DNA of 64,000 bases from Variovorax sp. (GCA_004210915.1 SEGS01000026.1:4703-68702), one strand, 5' to 3'. Counted from the first letter of the stretch, positions 40,492 through 48,646 are shown. Numbers and translations: made by a program. The notes: generated by a model not told the origin, from the sequence alone.

Positions 40492-41006
40492 ACGCCGCCG
40501 AGCGCGACGAGCGGCGCGTCGGCCGCACCCTCGTCTACCTGGCGTGGGTGGTCGTGATGGCCTACTTCTTCGCCAACGCCGAGATCCAGATCGAAGGCGG
40601 TGCCGGCTGGGCCACCTCGCTGCCGACCTGGCGCATCGAACAGCACTGGCTGCTCGACATCTTCTGGGGCGGCCGCGCGATGACGGGGTATCACGCGTGG
40701 GTCTTCTCTTTCATGGCGCTGGTGTTCTTCGCACCGCTCGCCTTCAACGGCCGCTTCAGCTGGCGCGATGCGGGCCTGGCGCTGGTCGGCCTCATCGTGT
40801 TCTGGGTCGTCGAGGACTTCCTCTGGTTCATCATCAACCCCGAGTTCGGGTGGGCGCGCTTCAACCCGGCCGACGTGCCGTGGCACAAGCGCTGGCTGTT
40901 CGGCGCGCCGATCGACTACTGGGGCGGCCTCGCTGTCGCGGCGCTCATCCTCTTCGTGCGGCACCGCCGCCCGGCGCGACGCGACGCGCAGGAGACCCCG
41001 CAATGA
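40488..41006 (+). CDS. Uncharacterised multi-pass membrane protein (172 aa)
   Basis: GTG overlaps the GT stop (GTGA); hydrophobic segments with EIQIEG..GWA..LPTW, TGYH, EDFLWF..NP, PWH. Confidence 0.8.
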   Translation: MNAAERDERRVGRTLVYLAWVVVMAYFFANAEIQIEGGAGWATSLPTWRIEQHWLLDIFWGGRAMTGYHAWVFSFMALVFFAPLAFNGRFSWRDAGLALVGLIVFWVVEDFLWFIINPEFGWARFNPADVPWHKRWLFGAPIDYWGGLAVAALILFVRHRRPARRDAQETPQ

Positions 41007-41569
41007 AGCGCCGTTCCAGACGCCACTACGCCGAAGTCGCGGTACGCCCCGACGACTGGGCGCATCCGCTCCATGGCCCGCAGGCCGATGCGAGCCATCG
41101 CGTGGAAAACTTGCACCGCATCACGCCCACGCTGTATCGCAGTGCGCAGCCCAGGCGCGAAGACGTACCGGCGCTGCAGGCGCTGGGCATCAAGACCGTC
41201 ATCAGCTTTCGCTCCTTCAACAGCGACGAGCGTGCCTTGCGTAACAGCGGCATCGACCTGGTGCGCGTGCCCATCGACACCTGGTCCATCAACGACGACG
41301 AGGTGCGCCGCGCGCTCATCGCGATCCGCGAAGCCGAGAAGAAGGGCCCTGTCCTCATCCACTGCTGGCATGGCGCCGACCGCACCGGCGTGGTCGCCGC
41401 GGTCTACCGCATGGCCCTGCAAGGCTGGAGCAAGGACGCCGCGCGGCACGAGATGTTTCGCGGCGGCTTCGGATACCACACGCTGTGGCGGAATATTCCG
41501 AGCTATCTGGCGCGGGTGAATCCGGAGTCGATGCGGGCGGCGCTCGACGAACCCCTGCCTGCTTCCTGA
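41003..41569 (+). CDS. Dual-specificity / tyrosine phosphatase family protein
   Basis: LYRSAQP, GIKTVISFR, catalytic loop IHCWHGADRTG (HCxxGxDRTG); ATGA overlap with the upstream gene. Confidence 0.9.
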   Translation: MKRRSRRHYAEVAVRPDDWAHPLHGPQADASHRVENLHRITPTLYRSAQPRREDVPALQALGIKTVISFRSFNSDERALRNSGIDLVRVPIDTWSINDDEVRRALIAIREAEKKGPVLIHCWHGADRTGVVAAVYRMALQGWSKDAARHEMFRGGFGYHTLWRNIPSYLARVNPESMRAALDEPLPAS

Positions 41570-41576
41570 GCCACCG

Positions 41577-42011
41577 ATGGATGCCGATCCGTTCCAGCTG
41601 CAACGCTTCGTCGACGCGCAGGCCGGCGTCTACGCGACCGTGTGCGCCGAGCTGGCGCGAGGTCGCAAGACCAGCCACTGGATGTGGTTCGTCTTTCCCC
41701 AGCTCGCCGCGCTCGGACGCAGCGGCACGGCAAAGTTCTACGGCCTGGCCGACGCAGTGCACGCGCGCGCTTATTGGGCACGCCCGACACTCGGCACGCG
41801 GCTTCGCGAGTGCAGCCAACTTGTGCTCTCAACGCAAGGCCGAAGCGCGCACGACATCTTCGGCTCAGCCGACGATCTGAAGCTCTGTTCGTGCATGACC
41901 CTGTTCGAGGCCGCCGTGCCCGAGGAACCGCTCTTCGGCCGGGTGCTGGACCGTTTCCATGCGGGATCGCGCGATGCGCAGACCCTGGGCCTGCTCAGGC
42001 CGGTGCCGTGA
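41577..42011 (+). CDS. DUF1810 family protein
   Basis: LQRFVDAQ...EL.RGRK.SHWMWFVFPQL, IFG..DDLKL.S.MTLF. Confidence 0.88.
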   Translation: MDADPFQLQRFVDAQAGVYATVCAELARGRKTSHWMWFVFPQLAALGRSGTAKFYGLADAVHARAYWARPTLGTRLRECSQLVLSTQGRSAHDIFGSADDLKLCSCMTLFEAAVPEEPLFGRVLDRFHAGSRDAQTLGLLRPVP

Positions 42012-42036
42012 GCGCGCCACGGCACGCGCGCCACCA

Positions 42037-42822
42037 TCACCCGGCCGTGCCCTTGGCGCGCCGCGACAGCATGTTCAGCACCTCCACCAGGGTCGAGAAC
42101 GCCATTGCCGCATAGATGTAGCCCTTGGGCACATGCACGCCGAAACCGTCGGCGATCAGCACCGCGCCGATCATCAGCAGGAAGCCCAGCGCCAGCATCA
42201 CGACCGTCGGGTTGCGGTTGATGAAGTTGGCCAGCGGCTCGGCGGCCAGCAACATCACCGTCACGGCCGCGACCACGGCGATCACCATCACGGCCAGGTT
42301 GTCGGTCATGCCGACGGCGGTGAGGATCGAGTCGACCGAGAAGACCATGTCGAGCAGCACGATCTGCACCAGCACCGACGAGAACGCGACGGTGGCGACC
42401 TTGCCCGCCTGGCCCGTCAGCGTCGCGGTGGCCGGCGCCGGATCGACGTGGTGGTGGATCTCCTTGGTGGCCTTCCAGATCAGGAACAGGCCGCCGGCGA
42501 TGAGGATCAGGTCGCGCCACGAGAACTGCGTCTCGAAGCTGGGCTTGCTGGCGGCGTCGAGCGGGCCCGTCCAGCCCAGGTCGAAGACCGGCGCCGTGAG
42601 TCCGACCAGCCAAGCGATCATCGACAGCAGGCCCAGGCGCATCACCAGCGCGAGCGAGATCCCGATGCGCCGCGCTCTTGCGCGTTGGTGCTCCGGCAGC
42701 TTGTTCGAGAGGATCGAGATGAAGATCAGGTTGTCGATGCCGAGCACGACTTCCATGATCACGAGGGCGACGAGAGCCGCCCAGGCGGTCGGGTCGGAAA
42801 AAAGGGCTTGGAGACTTTGCAC
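42037..42822 (-). CDS. TerC family membrane protein
   Basis: [57 protein letters not shown]. Confidence 0.93.
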   Translation of the reverse strand: MQSLQALFSDPTAWAALVALVIMEVVLGIDNLIFISILSNKLPEHQRARARRIGISLALVMRLGLLSMIAWLVGLTAPVFDLGWTGPLDAASKPSFETQFSWRDLILIAGGLFLIWKATKEIHHHVDPAPATATLTGQAGKVATVAFSSVLVQIVLLDMVFSVDSILTAVGMTDNLAVMVIAVVAAVTVMLLAAEPLANFINRNPTVVMLALGFLLMIGAVLIADGFGVHVPKGYIYAAMAFSTLVEVLNMLSRRAKGTAG

Positions 42823-42921
42823 AAGGGGCCTTGGCTGAAATAAGGGCCACGATGATCGCGGTTGCGCACCCCGCCTGGTGCGATTCCCGGCCGCGCGATA
42901 GGCCCTTTGGCCAAGCTTCGC

Positions 42922-42984
42922 TTCAAGCCAAAAGTGCCGGAAGCCGTTGCCTGGCGGGCGTATATTGCTATTAAAAAAATAGCA
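42922..42984. repeat. Short palindromic intergenic element ending in TGCTATT-AAAAA-AATAGCA; resembles a dispersed Comamonadaceae repeat
   Basis: Perfect 7-bp AT-rich inverted repeat preceded by TTCAAGCCAAAAGTGCC; only one copy in this window; family assignment is from memory. Confidence 0.45.
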
Positions 42985-43008
42985 CTACAGTGCCTGCAGG
43001 GCGCCGCG

Positions 43009-44112
43009 TCAGCCCAGCGGCGGCGCAAATCCCCAACCCTCGGCCAACAACGCGTCAATGGCGCGCAGCGCCGCGTCGAGGCGTTGCGCGCGGTCGCCGT
43101 GCAGCACCACGCTGCGGCGGCCGGTGTCCGCGAGGCGGTCGGCGAAGCGCTTGGTCATCCATTCGCGGATCGCTTCGCCGTCACGCAGGCCGTCGTCTTC
43201 GAACGGCACACCATCGTGGTGGGTCAGGAGGTAGAGCCGGCCGCGGTCCTGTTCGGCGATGGCTTCGACAGCAGCGCTGCGGTGGCCCACATAGCGCTCG
43301 TGCCAGATCGCGGTGGCGAAGGCGTCGGTGTCGCACACCAGCAGCGGGCCGCCGACCGCGGCCTCGTCGCGGGCCATCGCGTTCTGCGTGGCGGCGATGT
43401 GCGTGAACTCGTCGCTGGGCCAAAGCAGGTCTTCGGGACCGGGTCGGCGCGCGCCCCGCAGTTGCGCCTGCGCGATGGCGGAGGCCAACTTCTCCACGCT
43501 GAGCGCGCGGCCGTACTCGGGCACCCAGCGCGTGAGGCCATGCGCGCCGCCGCGCGCGCGCAGCGCCTGCGCCAGCGCGATCGACAGGGTGGTGGTGCCG
43601 GTCGATTCCGCGCCGACGACCACGATGCGCCACGCAATGTCGGCGCGCACCGGTGCGCCGATGAAGTCCCAGTACGCGGAGGGATCGTTGCGAAAGCGCG
43701 TGGCCGAGATCGGCGCGAGCAGGCGCGCGGTATCGAGCGTGACCGGCATCGCGTCGAAATGCCGCGCCAGTTCTTCGCCGTAGGGCTCGGAGGTGAAGAC
43801 CGCGCTGACCGGCGGTGCATCGATGCCCGCCAGCGCCTCGCGCATCAGCGCGACATGCGCAAGCCAGATCGCATCGTTGCCGTAGTCGACCGGGATGTCG
43901 TCGACGATGCCGGTCACCACCACGTTCGGCAGCGCCGCATGCAACTCGCGCAGCCAGCGCATGCGCACTGCGAGCGGAATCGATTCGTGCGAAGCCGCCA
44001 TCGCGATCACCGTGACGCGCGCGCATTGCGACGCCGCCGCGCCGATGAGCAACTGGTGCCCTGCGTGCGGCGGGTAGAACTTGCCGATGACGAGGCCGTG
44101 CGGGTTGCTCAT
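43009..44112 (-). CDS. nadR: NadR-type protein without HTH: cytidylyltransferase-like NMN adenylyltransferase + ribosylnicotinamide kinase-like P-loop domain
   Basis: IGKFYPPHAGH (HxGH), VFTSEPYG, ISAT, GAESTGTTTL, VPEYGR, LVCDTD, VPFEDDGLR. Confidence 0.85.
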   Translation of the reverse strand: MSNPHGLVIGKFYPPHAGHQLLIGAAASQCARVTVIAMAASHESIPLAVRMRWLRELHAALPNVVVTGIVDDIPVDYGNDAIWLAHVALMREALAGIDAPPVSAVFTSEPYGEELARHFDAMPVTLDTARLLAPISATRFRNDPSAYWDFIGAPVRADIAWRIVVVGAESTGTTTLSIALAQALRARGGAHGLTRWVPEYGRALSVEKLASAIAQAQLRGARRPGPEDLLWPSDEFTHIAATQNAMARDEAAVGGPLLVCDTDAFATAIWHERYVGHRSAAVEAIAEQDRGRLYLLTHHDGVPFEDDGLRDGEAIREWMTKRFADRLADTGRRSVVLHGDRAQRLDAALRAIDALLAEGWGFAPPLG

Positions 44113-44729
44113 GCGTTGGCCAGGATCGGTTGCGGTGTGGCCTGTTGCCGCTGCCAGGCGCGCCGCCATTCCACATAGCCCGCGAGGCAGATCAGCAGGA
44201 AGATGACGTAGAGCACCGCGGTCAGCGGCAGGCTGCGCTGCCAGTAGAGCGGCACCGAGATGATGTCGACCGTGATCCACATCAGCCAGCATTCGAGCCG
44301 ACGTCGCACCTGCCACCAGGTCGCGAGCAGGCTCAGCACCAGCAGCGTGGTGTCGGCGATGGGCACGGGGCTGTCGGTCCATCGGCGCAGCGCCCAGGCG
44401 CCTGCGGCGATCGCCACGGCGCACAGCGCCAGCGACAGCGCGGCTTCGCGCAGCGGGGTGCGCGTCACCGGCACGTCGTGCGCAGCGTCGCCGTTGGCAG
44501 CGCGAGTCCATTGCCACCAGCCGACGATGCCGAGCACCGCAAAGGCAATCTGCAGCAGCGCATCGGCATACAACTTGGCGCCATAGAACAGCACCATGAA
44601 GCAGGCCACGTTGAGAAGGCTCACCGGCCAGTTCCAGATGTGGCGGATCTTGGTGAGCCACACCGTGGCGAGCCCGGTGACGAAGGCCGCGATTTCGAGC
44701 GCGGTGACGGGTTGGCCGAGCAGGTTCAC
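44109..44729 (-). CDS. pnuC: Nicotinamide riboside transporter PnuC
   Basis: IWNWPV, LYADALLQ, GWWQW, ADTT..VLSL.ATWWQ.RRRLECWL.WI.VD..SVPLY. Confidence 0.93.
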   Translation of the reverse strand: MNLLGQPVTALEIAAFVTGLATVWLTKIRHIWNWPVSLLNVACFMVLFYGAKLYADALLQIAFAVLGIVGWWQWTRAANGDAAHDVPVTRTPLREAALSLALCAVAIAAGAWALRRWTDSPVPIADTTLLVLSLLATWWQVRRRLECWLMWITVDIISVPLYWQRSLPLTAVLYVIFLLICLAGYVEWRRAWQRQQATPQPILANA

Positions 44730-46165
44730 AGCGGCGCGCGCGACGTGACGAGGGCGCGTGCGCCCGCCGCGGCCCGTTCGCGCACCGCGTCGAAGGTGGT
44801 CTGCCGCACGATGCGGCCGTCTTCGAACACGGTCTCGAGCAGGTCGGTTTGCGTGGCGTCCAGGGTCTCGATGCGCTGCGTCTGCATGGCGCCCTTCGCA
44901 TCCCGCGTGAGCGTCAGGCGCCCCTTCTTCGATGCCTTGCTCATGTCGCCGACGGGCGCCTTGTACACATCGCGCCATTCGCCGTTGACCTGCATCGCCG
45001 AGCACTTCATCGCCCACTGCATGGTGTCGCGGTTGACCTGTTGCAAAAGTCCGCCGCCCATGCCGAAGGCGACGTTCTCGGCCGAGAAGCCGTTGTGAAA
45101 GAGGTTCGAGAGGACGAGCCGCAGCGAGTCCAGGTTGATGCCGTCGCCCTGGATCACGCGCACGTTGTTCAGCACCAGGTAACCCTTGGTGTTGCGCGTG
45201 GTGCCGAAGCGCGCGGCCAGGATGCGCACCACCTTCAGCACGGTTTCGGCGGGGTCGCCCGAGTCGGGCCGCACCACCAGCGTGGCGCCCGATTGCACGA
45301 CCAGGTCCTTCAATTCGGTGCCCCAGATCTGGTCGCAGGCATTGAAGATGTCGTAGCTGTCGCTCACCACGGCGAAGATCGCGCCGGGCTTGCCGAACTG
45401 CTCGACCATGTTGCGGTAGGCGCTCGATTCCTTGTCGCGCCCCCAGCCGGTGATGGTGCTGTGTTCGGCTGCTGGAATGGAGAAGCCGGCCACGTCGCAG
45501 TCGTAGTAGCGGCGCGCCGCGACCAGTGCGGCAATCGTGTCGGTGCCCAGGAAGTTGACCAGGTGCGCCATGCCGCCGAGCGCGGCGGATTCGAGGCTCG
45601 ACACGCCGCGCGCGCCGAAGTCGTGCAGCTTGAAGCCGATTTGCGCGGCCGGGTCTTCGCAGGTCGCGTCGAGGTAGCGCATCAGCGTGGCCTTGGCAGC
45701 GCCGGAGAGCGTGGCGACCGTGGTCGGGTACCAGATGGCGCGCAACAGTTCGGTTTCGAGAAAGCTCGTGACCCAGAAGAACTCGGGGTCGGTGTTCTCG
45801 ATCGTCGCGAGCACGTTGTGCACCGGCACCACGCTGCCTTCGGGCATCGCGCGGATGCGCACGGGCATCAGGCCGCCGTGCTTTTCGATCAGGCGCAGCC
45901 AGCCTTCACGATTGAAGGGCTCCCCGTGCAAAGCCATGAGGGCGGCGGCTTCGTCGACGTCTTCGACCGTCACAGGCGTCGAGAGGTATTCGCGCAGGTA
46001 GGCCTGCAGGCCGAAGAACACCGAATGGCTGAAGGCGCCGCCGCGCGATTCGATGTAGCTGAACACCGTCTGCGTGCCGGGCGGGTACTGCATCCAGTGC
46101 GACACCTTGTAGGAGTCGGTGCGCAGCAGGAGATTGCCGCCGAGGGAGGTGGGATTGCGAGTCAT
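44726..46165 (-). CDS. nadV: Nicotinamide phosphoribosyltransferase
   Basis: TDSYKVSHW.QYP, FFGLQ, LHDFGARG, AAEHST, VVSDSYD, VRPDSGDP, IQGDG, FGMGGGLLQ, SKKGRL. Confidence 0.93.
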   Translation of the reverse strand: MTRNPTSLGGNLLLRTDSYKVSHWMQYPPGTQTVFSYIESRGGAFSHSVFFGLQAYLREYLSTPVTVEDVDEAAALMALHGEPFNREGWLRLIEKHGGLMPVRIRAMPEGSVVPVHNVLATIENTDPEFFWVTSFLETELLRAIWYPTTVATLSGAAKATLMRYLDATCEDPAAQIGFKLHDFGARGVSSLESAALGGMAHLVNFLGTDTIAALVAARRYYDCDVAGFSIPAAEHSTITGWGRDKESSAYRNMVEQFGKPGAIFAVVSDSYDIFNACDQIWGTELKDLVVQSGATLVVRPDSGDPAETVLKVVRILAARFGTTRNTKGYLVLNNVRVIQGDGINLDSLRLVLSNLFHNGFSAENVAFGMGGGLLQQVNRDTMQWAMKCSAMQVNGEWRDVYKAPVGDMSKASKKGRLTLTRDAKGAMQTQRIETLDATQTDLLETVFEDGRIVRQTTFDAVRERAAAGARALVTSRAPL

Positions 46166-46185
46166 GTGAAAGCTCCTTTCACGGT

Positions 46186-46204
46186 GGCGCCGTCAACCGG
46201 CGCC
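46186..46204 (-). promoter_or_regulatory. GUUGA-loop hairpin 20 nt upstream of the nadV start
   Basis: Minus strand GGCGCCG-GTTGA-CGGCGCC. Confidence 0.7.
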
Positions 46205-46215
46205 GTTGCTGAAAT

Positions 46216-46245
46216 GGCCTGGAAATATCAACTCTTTCCGAGGCC
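46216..46245 (-). promoter_or_regulatory. GUUGA-loop hairpin carrying the nadM stop codon in its loop
   Basis: Minus strand GGCCT-C-GGAAAGA-GTTGA-TATTTCC-AGGCC (11 bp, one bulge, one mismatch). Confidence 0.6.
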
Positions 46246-47316
46246 TCCTAGAAAGTGATTGGCGATGAAATAGTGGTCTTCGTACATGCGCTCCTGCATG
46301 TCGAGGAACTCGGCGATCGGCACCCACCGCACATCGGCCGCGTCGTCGTCGGCGCGCACGTCGGAGAGGCCCGTCCACTGGTTGTGCGCGAGCTCGAAGA
46401 AGAAGCCGTGCGTGATGGTGCGGCCGCGCTGCGATCGGTCGGGTGCGTCGAACACGTGGCTGGCCTTCATGCTGCCGTTGAGCACGGGCACGGGCACCTT
46501 CAGGCGCGTCTCTTCCTTCAGCTCACGGATCGCTGCTTCCTGCAAGCGCTCTTGCTGACCGACGAAGCCGCCGGGCAGCGCCCAGGTGCCCTTGCCGGGG
46601 TGGAACTTGCGCTGCACCAAGAGGATGTGGCCGGCCTCGACCACCACGGCATCGACGGTCGTGTAGATCGGCGGGAACTCGCTGCCGGCGTAGCGGTACT
46701 TGTCCTTGTAGTCGACGAGGAACGCGCGCTCTTCACAGAGGTCCGCGTAGTCCGTTGTACTGGTGAAGCGGTCGAGGAAGGCGGCAGTGCCGTCGGGCAA
46801 ATCGGCCGGGTTCAACTGGCCGCGCATCTCGGGGTTGAAGTAGAGCGCGCGCACGTCGGTCGCGTTGATGCTCTCGACCACGTGGTGCGCGACGAACTCC
46901 CAGCTCGGGAAGAGCTTGAGGTAGTAGCTCGATGCGTCCTTGAGGTGCCCGACCAGCGCGACCTTCGCCGCGGCCGGCTTCACGCCGTCCTGCGCGATCA
47001 GCCGGTCGACCGCCGACTGGATCGACGCGATCCAGATCTGGTCGTTGTAGGGCGAGTCGCCGACGCCGATCACGGAGACGCGCATCTGCTCGGCACCGCG
47101 CAACGACGCGCGGACCATGCGTTCACGTTCATCGAAGGTGAACGGGTTCTTGACGCTGCGGGGCTTGCGGTCGGAGCCCACGACGACGATCACGCGTTCG
47201 GCCGCACGAAGACCTTCTTCGATGAGTCGCTGGTGACCGAAATGGACGGGCTGGAAACGCCCGATGACGATGGCGTATTGAAACTTGCGTGTGCTGTGAC
47301 TGTGCTGGCTGTTCAT
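46228..47316 (-). CDS. nadM: Bifunctional NMN adenylyltransferase / ADP-ribose Nudix hydrolase
   Basis: IGRFQPVHFGH, KNPFTFDER, GH.KD.SS.YL..FP.W, INAT.VR; Nudix box PGGFV...E....AAIRELKEET; RS.RGRTITH. Confidence 0.93.
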   Translation of the reverse strand: MNSQHSHSTRKFQYAIVIGRFQPVHFGHQRLIEEGLRAAERVIVVVGSDRKPRSVKNPFTFDERERMVRASLRGAEQMRVSVIGVGDSPYNDQIWIASIQSAVDRLIAQDGVKPAAAKVALVGHLKDASSYYLKLFPSWEFVAHHVVESINATDVRALYFNPEMRGQLNPADLPDGTAAFLDRFTSTTDYADLCEERAFLVDYKDKYRYAGSEFPPIYTTVDAVVVEAGHILLVQRKFHPGKGTWALPGGFVGQQERLQEAAIRELKEETRLKVPVPVLNGSMKASHVFDAPDRSQRGRTITHGFFFELAHNQWTGLSDVRADDDAADVRWVPIAEFLDMQERMYEDHYFIANHFLGGLGKS

Positions 47317-47334
47317 TGGGAATCCCCCAAAAAG

Positions 47335-47353
47335 GACGCGATCAACTCGCGTC
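47335..47353 (-). promoter_or_regulatory. GUUGA-loop hairpin 18 nt upstream of the nadM start
   Basis: Minus strand GACGCGA-GTTGA-TCGCGTC. Confidence 0.7.
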
Positions 47354-47361
47354 TGGGATCA

Positions 47362-47390
47362 ACAATAGCACCGCTCGCGCATTCGTTCAA
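47362..47390 (-). promoter_or_regulatory. Candidate sigma70 promoter of the NAD salvage operon
   Basis: Minus strand TTGAAC-17 nt-TATTGT with TG extended -10. Confidence 0.55.
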
Positions 47391-47416
47391 TGCCCATGTG
47401 AAGAAGGAGCCACACC

Positions 47417-47797
47417 ATGCCGACCCCTGAAACGCTCGAACGTTTCATTGCGCGCGTCGAAGCCAACGCGCACGCCGAAGCTGTCGAGGAGTTCTACGCG
47501 CCCAACGTTTCGATGCAGGAGAACCAGGCGCCACCGCGCATCGGCCGCGATGAAGCGATCGCACGCGAGCGCGCCGTGATGGCGAAGGCGCGCAGCGTCA
47601 CATCGCAATGCGTGCGGCCCGTGTTCGTCAACGGCGACCACGTGGTCATCCGCTGGATCTTCCATTTTGAATGGCCGGACGGCACCGCCACGCACATGGA
47701 AGAAGTGGCCTGGCAGCGCTGGGAGGGCGAGCGTCTGGCCGAGGAAACCTTCTTCTACGACCCCGCACAGCGCGTTCCGCGAAAATCGCACCCATGA
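47417..47797 (+). CDS. NTF2/SnoaL-like protein
   Basis: EEFYAPNVSMQEN..PPRIGR, V.GDHVVIRW.F.F, EEVAWQRWEG.R..EE.FFYDP; SD AAGGAG. Confidence 0.85.
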   Translation: MPTPETLERFIARVEANAHAEAVEEFYAPNVSMQENQAPPRIGRDEAIARERAVMAKARSVTSQCVRPVFVNGDHVVIRWIFHFEWPDGTATHMEEVAWQRWEGERLAEETFFYDPAQRVPRKSHP

Positions 47798-48636
47798 CCG
47801 ATCCGACTTCCTCGTCCTCCAGCGCGCCCGGCGCCGTGCGCCTGAACAAACGCATGGCCGAACTCGGCCTGTGCTCGCGCCGTGAGGCCGACGACTGGAT
47901 CGCGCAAGGTTGGGTCAAGGTCAACGGCAAACCGGCCGAGATGGGCGTGAAGGTCACGCCGGCCGATCGTGTGGAGGTCGACCGCAAGGCCGAGCAACAG
48001 CAGCAGCAGCAGGTCACGATCCTGCTGCACAAGCCCATGGGCTACGTGAGCGGGCAGCCCGAAGACGGGCACGAGGCGGCGGTGGTTCTGGTCAACCCGC
48101 GCACGCACTGGCGCGAGGACCCGAGCCGCAACCGCTTCTCGCCGCCGCAGTTGCGCGGGCTCGCGCCTTGCGGGCGGCTGGACATCGATTCGGTCGGCCT
48201 GCTCGTACTCACGCAGGACGGCCGCATCGCGCGCCAGCTGATCGGCGAAGACTCCGGCATGGAGAAGGAATATCTGGTGCGCGTGGCGTACCACGGGCTG
48301 GACCAGCCGGCGCCGCCGCGCCAGCTCGTCCGCATGGACGACGACGACCCGATCACGAACAACGTGCGGGCCGTGTTTCCGCCGGCCTTGCTGGCGCGGC
48401 TGCGCCACGGACTGAGCCTCGATGGCCAGCCGCTCAAGCCCGCGCAGGTCGAGTGGCAGAACCCCGAGCAGTTGCGCTTCGTGCTGACCGAAGGCAAGAA
48501 GCGCCAGATCCGCCGCATGTGCGAGCAGGTGGGCCTCAAGGTGGTGGGCTTGAAGCGCATCCGCATCGGGCGGGTCTTGCTGGGCAACCTGCCCGCGGGG
48601 CAGTGGCGCTACCTCGGGCAGAACGAGCGCTTTTGA
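47794..48636 (+). CDS. rRNA pseudouridine synthase with S4 domain (RsuA/RluB/RluF family)
   Basis: RLNKRMAELGLCSRREAD, HKPMGYVS, GRLDIDSVGLL (catalytic Asp), EKEYLV, EGKKRQIRRM. Confidence 0.92.
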   Translation: MTDPTSSSSSAPGAVRLNKRMAELGLCSRREADDWIAQGWVKVNGKPAEMGVKVTPADRVEVDRKAEQQQQQQVTILLHKPMGYVSGQPEDGHEAAVVLVNPRTHWREDPSRNRFSPPQLRGLAPCGRLDIDSVGLLVLTQDGRIARQLIGEDSGMEKEYLVRVAYHGLDQPAPPRQLVRMDDDDPITNNVRAVFPPALLARLRHGLSLDGQPLKPAQVEWQNPEQLRFVLTEGKKRQIRRMCEQVGLKVVGLKRIRIGRVLLGNLPAGQWRYLGQNERF

Positions 48637-48646
48637 CGAGTACCGT

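Noticed and set aside
42823-42920. Possible yybP-ykoY (Mn) riboswitch upstream of terC
   Set aside because: Could not find the conserved GGGGAGUA / ACGUCAAC cores on the coding strand
46800-46825. Fourth GTTGA inside nadM, and another at the -10 region (47358-47362)
   Set aside because: Flanks do not form a contiguous stem closing the pentaloop, so they were not counted with the hairpin motif
47995-48012. CAA(CAG)5 run encoding poly-Gln in the pseudouridine synthase
   Set aside because: Short, in frame, in the S4-catalytic linker; no sign of phase variation
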